Source of the DNA: a bacterium
GTDB taxonomy: Bacteria > Electryoneota > JAOADG01
DNA: 64,000 nucleotides
NCBI GenBank assembly: GCA_963681965.1
Contig: OY820579.1
Coordinates: 3,328,001 to 3,392,000, forward strand
Direction of reading: 5' to 3'
This document shows, in pieces, positions 41,607-54,400 of the stretch. The position numbers were made by a program, and so were the translations under genes. Each line of letters opens with the position of its first letter. Within the stretch, counting starts at the first letter, position 1. The notes beneath the pieces were generated by a model that was not told the origin of the DNA, ran no database searches, and worked only from the letters and a program-made list of their open reading frames with translations.

Positions 41607-44600
41607 TTACTTCAGAAGCACAACTTTCTTGATTGCGTGATAATTATTGCTCTGAAGTTTCAGGAAATAAACTCCACTTCCTACTTTGTTGCCAGTTGCC
41701 GACATGCCATCCCACCGCGCGTCGAATTTGCCGGCGGATAGAACTCCTAATTTGTGATTGTACACTTCGCGACCCAATGCATCGAAAATGGAAAATTGCG
41801 TTGCACCAGCTTGAGGCAATGTAAACTGGAATACTATGGTTGAATTGAATGGGTTGGGATAAGGATCGCTCAAAGTATATTTCAATGGAATTGTTGAAAA
41901 TTCCTTTGTAGTAGTAGTTTTCGAATACAGCAATTGGTGCAAAGCGTCGATATGGTCTTCACGGCGAACATATTTTACCATCTCCATCGCTTCGCTACTC
42001 TGTTTCTCTTCCGGACCCATCACCGGTTCCAGAATTGCCATCGCAATCACTGCTGCTACAGAATCCTCGAAGCTAATCGGTGCGATCTGGAATTGACGAT
42101 AGACGATATATGCCTTTTTTGGATCGCTGTGCAGCAGTGCGAGTAGTGGTTTGTAGTTCCGAACCACGGGGAACATATCGGTTCCCTCATAGCGATGCTG
42201 CAAGCTATCCAAGAGTTTCATATTGTCATCGAAAGACCACCCAAGTTCCCTGTTGGCGACGAACAATAACGGAACTGCATTGGCTCGCAACGACCAATCG
42301 CCCCGGTCGTCGGTCAATAATGATAGGAAATAATTCGACGCTGATCGGAAATCGCCTCGCGCCATATACTCGATTCCGGTAGTATCGTTGACTGGATAGG
42401 GCCACATTGGATCGTCTGGAGGAAATGGCAAACGATTGCGGAACAGTGAAACGGGATTGTGAATTTGCTCTCCATCGGGGTGCAACCCGTACATTTTTCC
42501 GGCAATTATATCGGTGTCGCGAGTACCCCACCAGATGCCGTTGTACTTATGATCGATTGCGACTGGAAGCATTAAATTCGTTCTTCGAACCAGTGGAATT
42601 TCATCCTCCAAATGCGTTCGGAAGATTGAGTTGTAAGTCATATTGGGTGCGGGTTCTTCCTCCGAAATCGCCCGCTGGAAGACTTCTGCAGCCCCATATT
42701 CGAATCGACGAGGATCGCCGTTGTAGTGGATGGGATGTTGTGCGTTGTCGAAGACGTGATTTCCATGATGGTGGATTATATTCCATAAATATGGACTTCC
42801 ACCTCCGGTCATTAGGATGCCATTTTGGTCGTTACTGTCGATCGAGCATTCTACAAACGTCGGCATTGCATTATCGGAAACAAGAACTCCGTTTCCAACG
42901 TTCGGATCTGTCGATTCTTCGTACCGGTTGCTTTTTGCGAACCGAGAATAATAAATCTTGTTGTAGCTTTGAGCCAGAGGGACAAGCTCCACCGTGAGCG
43001 CATTGCCGTGATGAATGTTCAATACCGTATCGCGAGTCAATGTGAACGTGGACTGGCGGAGATGAATGCCAGACGCATTGCTGGAGATATCATTGATATA
43101 CTGACTTTCACCATAGATTTTGGCATCTATCAACGTTATCGAACTGAGGTCGGAATTGGGAGTAATTACCGGTGATAATCCATCGTTGTTACCTCCGGTG
43201 TTGTCACAAAAGACGTATTTCGAATAGTGTCGGTGAAAGTAAGCATCATTTTCATTCATAAACAACCGGTTAACTTTTAACCAGGTATCTTGCCAGTACC
43301 GGGTTGCCGGCACTTGGCCTAAGTTTTCTTTCAACCATATCCCGTACAATCTCGTAAAGCCATTTGAGTTCTGAAATCGGTACAGAGCGAGAGAGTCGAT
43401 GTATACCGGGCGGTTTTCAATTCGAAGACCACTATAAATCGAGTCGGTCGTTCCCTCCGTTGAGTCGGGGATAATTACTAGTTGAAAAAATCGCAAGGTG
43501 TCCAACAGTTGTCGATTTGAACCTAAGATCGTTAATCCACGCCTGACGTTATCCAACTTGATTCGGTAATTAGTTCGAGGCGAGGACGACGTCTGTTCCA
43601 TTCTCAGGAAAGGCCAATCATTAACGAAGAACGATGGACGTAAATTGTTAAAACGTTTCCAAGTTCCCCCGGTAAACCGATGCCATCCTGCGACCGAATC
43701 GTTGAAATAATATGGGTTGGTAGAGGTTGAGCTACCATGTGCATAGAGTGTACCTTTTACAATGACAGTATCGCGGGATCGCTGGAATATTACTGTACCT
43801 GCCTCGATATCCAGTTGTCCTTCGCTAGGAACGTTCCAGTTGTTAATTGTCTGATAGGTATTGCTTTTTAGTTGACCCTCAACTTTAATCGAGCTGGTCG
43901 ATTGTGCATTGGTACCGATGATCGATACGCTGCCAGCGCGCCAATGTTCCCGATAATTGTTAAAGTTGGTCGGTGAAGGGTTCGATGAATTGTAACCTTC
44001 TCCACCAAATGCACCGAGATCGCCTCGAGTACCATCGTAGTCGCGAGTGGTGCTGGCTGTGGTACTTCCAGCATTGATCGCAGCCGAATTCCACAGCAAG
44101 TGGTATCGGAAACCCTCGTTGTCTGCGTTCACGTCGGTTAGCACTTTCGCATCGCCAACAGTGTGTGTGGTCTGTGGTAAATTCGAGGGAACAACCAACG
44201 TTGCCCAGGTTGGTGTGATACCTGCCAAATCGTTCCATGCCTGACAATAGGAAAAGGCTGCAGGGATGGAATTCAGGAATTTGTAAGCTGTAGAAGCGGT
44301 ACTATGGATTTGCGAGATATTTCCATAACAAGTGGTTGAACCGGCACCAGTCGACCGATCGACGTAAACGTTGTCGACCTGCGCGGAGACCGATAAAAAA
44401 GTGTTTTGACGAATGAAGGATTGAGTCGTATTGGACTGGTCGACAATTTTCAATCCAAAATATGTGGGATTGTGCACGACATTTCGTTCGAAGTATGTCG
44501 GCGGAGTACGAAGATAGACACCACCTCGCGCTCCGATAAACTCGTTATATCTCATGATCAACGGATTTCCGCCATTCGCTGCCGACCAGATAAAATTGGT

Positions 44601-47521
44601 GTCGGTATTATTGATAAACCGGCAGTAATTCACATAAATTCGATTCAAGTCGGGAGGGGTAAACGAGCTGGCGATGTCGACGCCATTTCTCGCGTTGCTT
44701 TGAAAAGTGGCAGCTACGAAATAGATCGAGTGACAACTTGGTGGTGTTGTTTCATCGATTCGAACACCACTACCGCCATTTGAAAAAATCCACGGACCAG
44801 CATTGCCTTCGAGTACGTTGGTGGGGTACATCAGGACACCGAATTGAGCGTAAGGTACTAAGTGCAACGATGTGGCGATCGCATTTTGATCCAGATAAAT
44901 TCCATGCGACAGGTGCCCGGAAATAGCGCCACCAGCGACTACAATCGAAGCGGTATTCCCGGTTTCCAGAATGCCGACATTTTGAAAGGGACCATTGAAG
45001 ATGCAGTTGGTGTCTATCAAAGTGCTGTGCCAATCGTTCATCCAAATTCCCGCTCGGGCAAACGGTCGTTCATTGGGATCGGTGGCTCGATTATTACAGA
45101 TAAATTTGCTGTTTCGCACGACGACCGAATCCAATCCAAAATTCAATGTGGCGACCATATTGGGTTGCGATGAAACCAGATACCATTGTAATTGTTGTCT
45201 GATATTTGTGCACTATTTGTCTCCACATAATTGTCGCCAAGATGATCGGTTCTGCGACCGGTTAGCGGTAGAGCATCGACATAGATTCCGTTGTGAAGGT
45301 TCGCTAGGATAAAAGCGCTGTTAATTATCGCGCGGTTCATATATCCGCAGATGTAGATACCATCGGCAGTGTGATTGATAATTTTGGTGAATCCGGCAAA
45401 TCTAAAGATTACCGGATCATTACCGCAACCACCCATCAACATTTCAATTGAACCGGTTCGCTGAATATCGATATCGTTCCGCTCGGCATAATCGGAATTC
45501 AACGCAATTCCGTGTTCCAATACTTGGGAGTTGCCGGCATTTCCTTTGAGTGTGACGTACCCGAAATGCTTAAACGCATTATCGCGAAATCCGTAGACCT
45601 GATTCCCCGCGATATCGCTTTGGAAAATCACACTGCCTAACTGGTTGGCATTGAAGTAAACTGAATCGAACTCGCTCGCACCACCCGCCAGAATAATCCG
45701 GTTGGAATCTGCCGAATTATATCGCTCATTGGCGGTCGTCCGAATTAGGATGCCTGCCAGTTGGTTGTTGCGAACGCGGCTATTGAGTGTCCTGGTCTGA
45801 GCAGTTTGTGCATTCGATTTAAGGATGATTTCGTGTTTATCGCCCAGTACATCAATACCACTCTGCGCGTTGTCATCGATCGAACACCCGGTAAGATACA
45901 TCGTACCATTGTAGATATTTGCCATGTTACGAGGATGATTATCGTCGTTTTGATCGTTGCTGCGCTGGTAGCAGCCTTGTCCTCGAACAGCGATACCCGA
46001 GCCTTTATTATTGGCTACGCTGGCATCGTACATGGTTAGACGATGAATGCTCGTGGTAAACGGCCAATCGTTAGCTGCTTTAAAATAACCCAATCGAATA
46101 CCGTGAATCTGATCGTCAGAGGGATCGTGCTGAACTTGATTATTGAACTCAGTTCCACAGCCTTGAATGGTTGCCCAAACCGGAGCCGGCAAAATGGGAT
46201 CGGGTAGGTTTTCGGTAGAAATGCGTTGGAATTTAAAACATGAAAAGCGAGCAGCGGTTCCCGCCGGGATGTTGTTTTCTTCATAGTCGTCGTAAATCTT
46301 AATACCATTCGAGAACACATTTTTAATGACAGTATTCTCGATTCTCGCCATTATCGTCCCACGGACAAAATTAATTCCATTAGCTTCGTGAGCCGGGGCA
46401 TTTACCTGCAACGCTCCCACATTATAAATTCGGCTACTGGAGATAAAAACATTCCGATCACCATCTTCATTGGGATCCGTCCCATCGGGGTAAACCCAAT
46501 TCGTTCCGATCCGAATCGCATCGAATCCTGTTGAATCGATAGCCAAACCCGAAAGAACGATTGAATCTGGGGAATTATTATCATGTAGCTGAACCATGTC
46601 TAAATAAATCCCCGAACCGGACAGGTTTTGAAACAATACCGAGTCTGTCGGACTTTCTGCCGGTGGGTGGATATTCAGTGAATAATCCACAAGAGTATCG
46701 GAACAGAAAATACCATTTCCGCAATGATCGATTGCCGGTTGGTCGCGCCTGATGGATCCGATTATCTCGGTATACTGCTTACCTCTACCTACGCGACGTA
46801 GAACAGAACCCATCAGAGACGGTTGCGTGGCACCCTGGTTGTATCCGAAATTAGTGAAACGGCAATTCTGTAAGATCACGTGTGCATTGAGGCTATTCTG
46901 GAAATCTGTAGCGGTTCCGTTAATAAGGATACCGTCCGATTGAGAGTTGGGGAATCCTTGAATTTGACTATTCGTCAGCGACAATGTCAATGTAAGTGGA
47001 TTCTGCTGCAACTGATGCACGTAGATTCCATTTCCCTGAATGCGATCGAAGACCGAATTGGAAATGTTCAATGTCAATTGTCGATTGGGTATGAATGTTT
47101 CAATTATAATCAAACCTTGAAGCGGATTCGTGCTTCCAAGATCTGAAAAGTTACAGTAAGAAAAAGTGTGAGTCTGGATAATATTGGTGTTAGCACTGTC
47201 TCGTAATCCGAAGAAATTTTCGCCGGGAGATGTTGTGGTCGCATAGATTGGATTTCTCTCGGTACCATTCAAACTGAGCGCCCCACCATTCAATATAATT
47301 TTTCCCGAAGGTCCAAAATTGAGCTGAAAAGGGGTATCCGTTGAATTGATCGTGAAACTATGTCCATTGTGAATGATCCAGGTACACATTATATCCAGGC
47401 TGGAGCCAGTTGCGACGTAGTCGAAATCGATATCTACGGTTTGTGAATATACGTTGGATTGAAAAAGCAGTACCGGTAATAAAAGCAGTAAAAACGAGAA
47501 TTTCTTCAACTTATTCTTCAT
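41607..47521 (-). pseudogene. Giant secreted parallel beta-helix protein with CTD, split by a frameshift at ~45180 (ORFs 45143-47521 and 41607-45158)
   Basis: The N-part has the signal peptide and the C-part has the CTD; the two parts are colinear with the intact 48491-54751 paralog. Confidence 0.8.
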
Positions 47522-47747
47522 AGTTTACTCCTTGGTTGTTGTAGGATGATCTTGTAAAGAGCAGTGAATTCTAGGTAATCTAACGAAGTGTGTGGGCAGT
47601 GCGGGGAGTACAAATGCACGAGACAGTGCATAAATTAATGTAAAATATTATGTTTTCCAATTGTTTGAGTGTGCGAGCTGATTTCGATTGTCTTTGCTTT
47701 ACATTATGACATTTCGATCCAACAAAATCTCATGTTAGGAGTGTGGT

Positions 47748-47894
47748 TTATAAGAGCCCATTTATATACTTCTGATCTAACCTGATTTCTTGTACGAGTG
47801 TTAGTGGCAGAGGAGTCGATTTCCACTGGATGTGACCATTGTCAGTTAGTTTGCGATACCAGATAGTACCCCGCATAAACAAAGATAACGGCAT
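47748..47894 (-). pseudogene. Possible N-terminal arm fragment of a tyrosine integrase
   Basis: 'MPLSLFMRGTIWY..LTDNGHIQWKST' resembles integrase N-termini of the L(Y/F)KRG.IW....NG.....ST type. Confidence 0.35.
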
Positions 47895-48022
47895 TGCAGA
47901 CCCTTTCTTGGTTGGAATATCTCCAATCTTGGGTGAAGATTCCGACCACTCAAAGCAGACGCGACTCGGAAAAGCGCTTAATCGAATTAAGGGACGCATC
48001 TTCGGGAATCTTCAAATCGAGA

Positions 48023-48385
48023 TTATACACGATAACATGCCTTCCCACGATAAACTGCCTGAATTAGCTCCGACGGAGTCGGTTGCTTCTGCTCAGTTGC
48101 AGCATAGTTTGCTAGCAGTACCGGGTTCGAGTAGTTCGCATTTTCCAATAGCAACTCATACCCATCTTCGCTGGCAAGATCGGAAATCAAGTGCAAGTCG
48201 CAGACCAATTTGTCGGAAAGCTGCTCATCGCTTTGAAGTAATTTCTCGAGTATCTCTTTTCCATTTTGTTCGCCCAATTTCAGATCGTGAGTCTCCGGAA
48301 AGCACTAGAATAATTCGGTTAATAGCGGTTGTGGAATTCCATTCAGTACGCGCTGATTCGTGAAGTAATTGACATTCTTACGCAT
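48023..48385 (-). pseudogene. Degraded hypothetical gene, paralog of 55503-55736
   Basis: AAGGAG RBS, then ATG 'MRKNVNYFTNQRVLNGIPQPLLTELF*CFPET...LSDKLVCDLHLISD' with an in-frame TAG at 48305-48307. Confidence 0.6.
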
Positions 48386-48438
48386 CGTTAATCTCCTTTA
48401 CTTCATCTCGTTGCAATATTTTCATTCTCTATAAAACA

Positions 48439-48470
48439 AGCAACCGCCCCACCTTGCGGCAGGGCGGTCT
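48439..48470 (-). terminator. Terminator-like palindrome after giant gene A
   Basis: AAGCAACCGCCCCACCTTGCGGCAGGGCGGT. Confidence 0.65.
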
Positions 48471-48490
48471 TGAACTGTGAAATTCGGTCG

Positions 48491-51400
48491 TTACTTCAAC
48501 AGCACAGCTTTCTTCGTTGCAACAAATCCCGGCGCTTTCATTGATACAAAGTAGACACCGGATGCCATCCGATCGGCATGCCATGAAATTTCATGGGATC
48601 CCGCCGTCAGATTTCCTTCATGCAACACTTCTGCTTGCCGCCCTTGTGCATCGTAGAGAATTATCGAGACCCGATCGTTCTTCGGTACATCGAACCGGAT
48701 ATGCAATGTCGAGTTGAAAGGATTCGGATAAACCGAGTTCAACGCGAAGGTTGCCGGAATCGTAACAAGATGACCTTCGGAAGGTGGTTGGGATTGCGTT
48801 CTCCTTGCCTCATTAATCGTATGCATTACTTCATCGACTCGATTTACATGACGACTCATTGCAGCCAATTCTGAGGTTACGCTGAATAATTCCGATTCGG
48901 GTCCCATTACTGGATCCAAAATGGCTAATGCATATATCGCCGATAACGAATCTTCTAGACTTAATGGCGCAATACGGAATTGCTCGTATTTCTCCATCGC
49001 TTTATCGGGATCGTCGTTCAAGAGACATAGCAACGGTCCGTAATTCCTTACCGCTGGAAACATATCGGTTCCGGAAAAATCCTTTTCCATTGTCTCTTGA
49101 ATGGCAAGATTATCCTTATAGGATATTCCCCGATATTTATTGGCGACAAAATAAAGTGGTACAGAATGCGACCGAATGTGCAACGGCAATTCTTCATTGT
49201 ATATCGCATCATAGAAACATTGCGCTGCTCCGGGATAATCCCCATTCTGCAGCTTCCCGATTCCGTCAATGGTTCGATATCCATAGAAACCGCTTCCAGG
49301 GATGCATGGCAGTGGATTGCTGTACATCGTTCGGTCGTGTGTGTTCGGATCGGGAGGTTCGGGTAGCATTGCGCGTGATTCGTCTACATCCCGGACATAG
49401 TACATTCGTTTGTGCAAATTCGTTGTATCTGATCGGGGATCCATCATCGGTGGTGTGTTCGGATCCAGTTGGTTCCAGAATACCGCGTTGTAGAACGAAG
49501 CAGTCGGGTTGTCGTCGCTGTAGTTCATTCTCCGAATCAACGGGTTTTCACGAACCTCGTTGAATGTTGTATAGATCGAGTTATTATCGAACATCGGTGC
49601 TGCTTCGGTTGAAAGGGTTGCAGCATGAAAAACTTGCGCTTTCAACAATTCGCGACCATTTTCGGCGTTTTCGAAGTTGTCGTATACTTCACTTCCAAGA
49701 TTTTGAAGAGACGTATTGACAAAAGCAGGATGCGATCCCATTTGCGAGAATAAACCGTAAGAAGCATTTCGGTAAATTTGGCATTGTATGAAAGTCGGAT
49801 ACGAATTGGAATAACATACGACTCCATTACCGTCATGCGTCCTGCTTCCATTTTCATCCGTTGTCGTCGATCGCGCGAAGGTACTATTCGAAATAGTATT
49901 ACAAAGTGGGTATAAATTGGCTATTTGAGATAGTTCCAACGCATTTCCTTGCTCGATTCCTTGAATTTCGACATTGTCCATCATGAATGTGGAATTTTCG
50001 ATTCGAATACCCGAATTGGAAACCCAGCCCATGCGTGGATCGATTTGAGGCGAATGCCCTTCTCGAGGAGTTATCTGAGCATTGGACAATATGAATGAGT
50101 TGCGATCGTCATTTGGCAATGGATTTGGATTGCCCTGAACGCAACTCAATAAATTCTGGCAATAGATATAGCGATTGTAGTTGTTAAATTGATAGTTAAA
50201 AGTGAGATTCGAGATCGACACTTTGGTGTCTTGCCAAGGGGGTTCCCGATTCGTGTTTTCACTCATCCAAATCCCGAAAAAGGGAACTGGTTCGGAATTT
50301 TGATATTGATGAATCACCAACCCGTTGAAAGCTGCTTCACGATTCCTGATATGCAATGCATAGCCGTAATCCTCATTCGGAATGCGTAACCAATTTTCAG
50401 GAATGATTTCGACATCGTTAAATGACAATCCATACCCTAACTGGTTGGTCGGACCAAGTATCGAAACACCAGATGTTATTTTCTCGACTAGAAGATGAAC
50501 AATCGGGAGCTGAGCTAAATTTCCATTCCCATCGAAAATCATCGTCTGCCAATTCGATGGCTCGAATGCAGCGTAAGTCAACCGTTCTCCTTCGCGCCCG
50601 CCATATCGATTGAGACGATCATGCTGATAAACATTTTTACCCCATTGACCACCGGTGAATCGATGAATTCCCGGATTGACAACTGCCATCCGGTAACCAT
50701 TGACTCCTTCGAAGCAGGAGGGTGCATCTTCGATCATATTAACCACGCCGCTGAAAGTTATATTGGAGCGTTGCGGTTGATAATCGACAAAGTCCCCTTC
50801 GATGGTTATTGAGGCATTGGCGGGAACTCGCCAACTGTTTGCAGCTTGATAGGTACCACTCTTAAGGTTGGATGTTATTTCAATCACTTGATTTGGGTTG
50901 TTATCGGCGATAAGGAGCACATTCCCAGCCCGCCAGTGGCTGCGTTTGTTTTCAGAAATCAACGGATTTGGAATAGGTGGATAGAGCAATTCAGAATTTG
51001 TCGGATCGGGAAAACTTGGGACGAAATTCCCGCTGAAAGCTCCCAAGTCACCACGAGTCCCATCGGCATCGCGCGAACTAGGATCTACAACAGATCCCGC
51101 GTTGATCGCATCGGAATTCCATAACAGGTGGTATTTGTACTTTTCGAGCAGCTCGCTAGAATTGATAAATACCCGAGGATTGCCTGTTCGATGTGTCTCT
51201 GGGCTAATCGTTCTTGGAAGAACCAACTCCGTCCACGGTCGAGTTCCATCCCACGCCAAACAATACGAGAAATCAAAACCGGTTGGATTATCGGGATTGA
51301 ATTCATAAGCATTTGGTTGACTGGGATTGTTCGGACTGACCACACTGATATTCCCGTAAACAGTCGTCAAACCTGTAAATGGCTGTAGCCGTTCAAAATG

Positions 51401-54400
51401 CAAACCGGTTGCTCCAGTCTGATTACAAAGAACAGTATTCTGAATGACTTTGGAATCAGATGCCAGCACTTCTGAGATCGATATCCCACATATACTCGGA
51501 TTATCGATCACATTATTTTGAATAGTTTTGTAGGGTGCGTTTATCTGGATACCGTATCCAGCACCTACAAATTCATTAAAACTCACATAGAGATTCCGAT
51601 AGCCCAGTGACGTATTCAGCTTGAGGTTCGCCGAATTGGGATAAGTAGTACTACTATTGTTAACGAACCTACAATTGTTAATTAAACTGTTTCCAGTATG
51701 CGGCATAGGATCTAATTGGAGCCAATACGGAAACCGGGGTATTGGAGGTCGAGTTCGCATGCTCGAAAGCATGGCGTTACACTCCACACCACCTTGAGGA
51801 TTATCTCGGAAAGTCGCCAATTTTAAGTACAACGCATGCGGCAACGGATTCTCACATGACTGAGCATCGACTTGAATTCCTCGAATCGAATTGTTGTAAA
51901 ATTCCGGTCCAACGTTCACTTTACTGGGTGTTCCCTGGTAAGTTGCAGGATAGTATAGCACGGATTGAAAAAAATTGTTATCCATTGCCAATTGAACGTC
52001 GGATGCGTTTTCATCGATGTGAAAACCGTACAGTTGGTCGTAAAAAGCCCCACCCATAATCAGGTAATCGTTTGCGACACCCGATTCAAGTAAACCGTTT
52101 CGCTGCGGTGTACCGTAAAATGCGTTACCATTTCCTTCGAACCGTCCACCATTTTGACACATCCAGACCCCAGCTCGGGCGTCATTTGTCAACAACCGGT
52201 TATTGTGCGAAAATGTACATACATTTACGATCAGATAGGAATAACCAAACATCGGATTGACTGAACAATCGGTTCGAGATACTACATACATACCGTTCAA
52301 CCCGTTGCCGTCAACCAGACAATTTCCCATATTGATTTCGTGATATCCAGCACCGTCTTCACGATTTTGATTGGAATCAGGGCGTTCTTCAAATCGTAAC
52401 CCGTTCCAATAATTACCCGAGATTTCAGCTTCGATATAGAATAAATTACCACGTCCTTTGCTCATCACCCCATCTCGAGTGTGATCATATATTTGAACTC
52501 TTCCCATAAAAGAGTATGTTTGAGTTGGATGCTTTGGAAGTTCTATTCCTATATAAGATCCCGATGGTAATATTTTAGCTTGATTACGATCAGCGAATTC
52601 GGAATTCAAAGCAAATCCGTACTCAGCAGGTTCATGTTGATTAGTTGTTAAAATTCCTTGGATTTTCACACCACCAAAGACATAAAACCCGTTTTGGTAA
52701 AACCCGAATTCACCTAAATCGCCATCACCAAATTCTTCGGCGATTATTCCACCACCCTGATTATGACGAATTTCAACAGGTACACTGTCAAGCGCACCAC
52801 CAACCAAAATCCGATTGTTATTCGGTATCGCGTAATTCGGTTGATAAACAAACATCGTATCTAGGAGAATTCCTTTACCTAAATTATTTCTGATAAAGGC
52901 ATGAAGATTACGAAAATTATCCGTCTGTTGTATGCGGGCTTGAGAATGAACGAAGACACTGTTATCGATGCCCTTAATGTGAATACCGTGTTGTTCGTTG
53001 TTGTCGGTAGCGCAGCCATTCAATTCGATACTGCCATAATATTTCGCATTTTCTGTTGGATAAGTATTATGCGAAATTTCACCGGTATTCGGATTGATAT
53101 AATACGAAAAGCCCTGCCCCCGCATCGCAACACCTGAACCGCTATTTTGCATGATCGCAGCATCGTAACAGTGAAGTCGACCGAAGGTTTTAAAGACCGG
53201 CTGATTCAGTTCATTTACCCATGGATACGACCCCGTCCTGATTCCATGGTTTTGGTCATAAATCGGTGGATTTGCTGGTGTAAATCGATACCCGCACTGT
53301 TGAATTACAGCCCAGGGATAAATGGTTGGTTCGACAGCAGGATCCAATACAACCGAGTTGTCTGTAATCTTGCGCCTAAAACTAAGATTGGAATAAGTGG
53401 GCGCTTTCCACCAACTTGCAGGACGACCTGCCGGGAAAACTTCGGTATAAAACTTGATACCGTTGGAATACACATATTCGATTCGGGAATTGACGACATC
53501 GCATTCGATCGAACCACGATAACAATAAATACCATTGGCTTCGAAATGCTCGTCATTGTCACCGGTTTGAAGGGAACCGATCTGTGAAATCGAACAATCC
53601 TCGAGATACATCCTTCCTTCGTGTCCACCGGGTGAAAGAAATCTATAATCGGTTGTGGTCGTAACGAATTCTGTTCCTACTCGGATACCATCGAGACCGG
53701 TATTGAAAAGACTTAAATTGTAGGCAGTGATTCCGTCGGCAGCAAATCCTAGCGATCCGATCCAGCCAGCATCAACCCAAATACCGCTTCCCGACAAATC
53801 ACTGAAGGTCGTGGTTGCCCGAGGATTACCTGGCTGAATATTGATAGAAGCTTTAAGTTTGTCGCCACGACAGGATATGCCGTTGCCACAATTTTGAATC
53901 ACAGGCATCGTTAGGACTTCATTACTGACATAATCGCCATTCCGAATCGCGATCTCCTGTGTACCCGCTCCAATTCGCTCGATTGCCGATCCAAATGGTC
54001 GATCAGTCGAATAAATTTCGTTTCGAACCGGTTGTCCGTAGCCAAAATTATCAATATGGCTTTGTTCCATTTCAATTGAACAAGATAAACCGATTGAAAA
54101 TGCTGGATCAGTTGCCAATCCATCGTCGGCTCGAATATAGAATCCGGAAAAAAGCGGATCTGCACCTGAACCGCTCATATACGAATGTAGAAATGAAATA
54201 TTTATCGATCGAAGAGTCGTAGTTCCGGTTGGATGTTGTTGGATTACCGATATACCGTGGGATGGACAGCTATTGAAAGTACAATGATTGAAAGTAAGTT
54301 GCGGTGTCGTGGGTGGGTTTGCTTCAGACCTAGACATTTTGACCTTTATCACCGCATTCCCTTCTTCTACAGCGTTTGGTGTAGAAGGGTTAGCGCCTAA

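Noticed and set aside
45143-45200. Programmed -1 ribosomal frameshift
   Set aside because: No X XXY YYZ slippery heptamer; a 4-bp deletion explains the alignment to the paralog better.
48305-48307. Amber readthrough or pyrrolysine
   Set aside because: TAG is a normal stop in many intact genes here, and the surrounding DNA is decayed.
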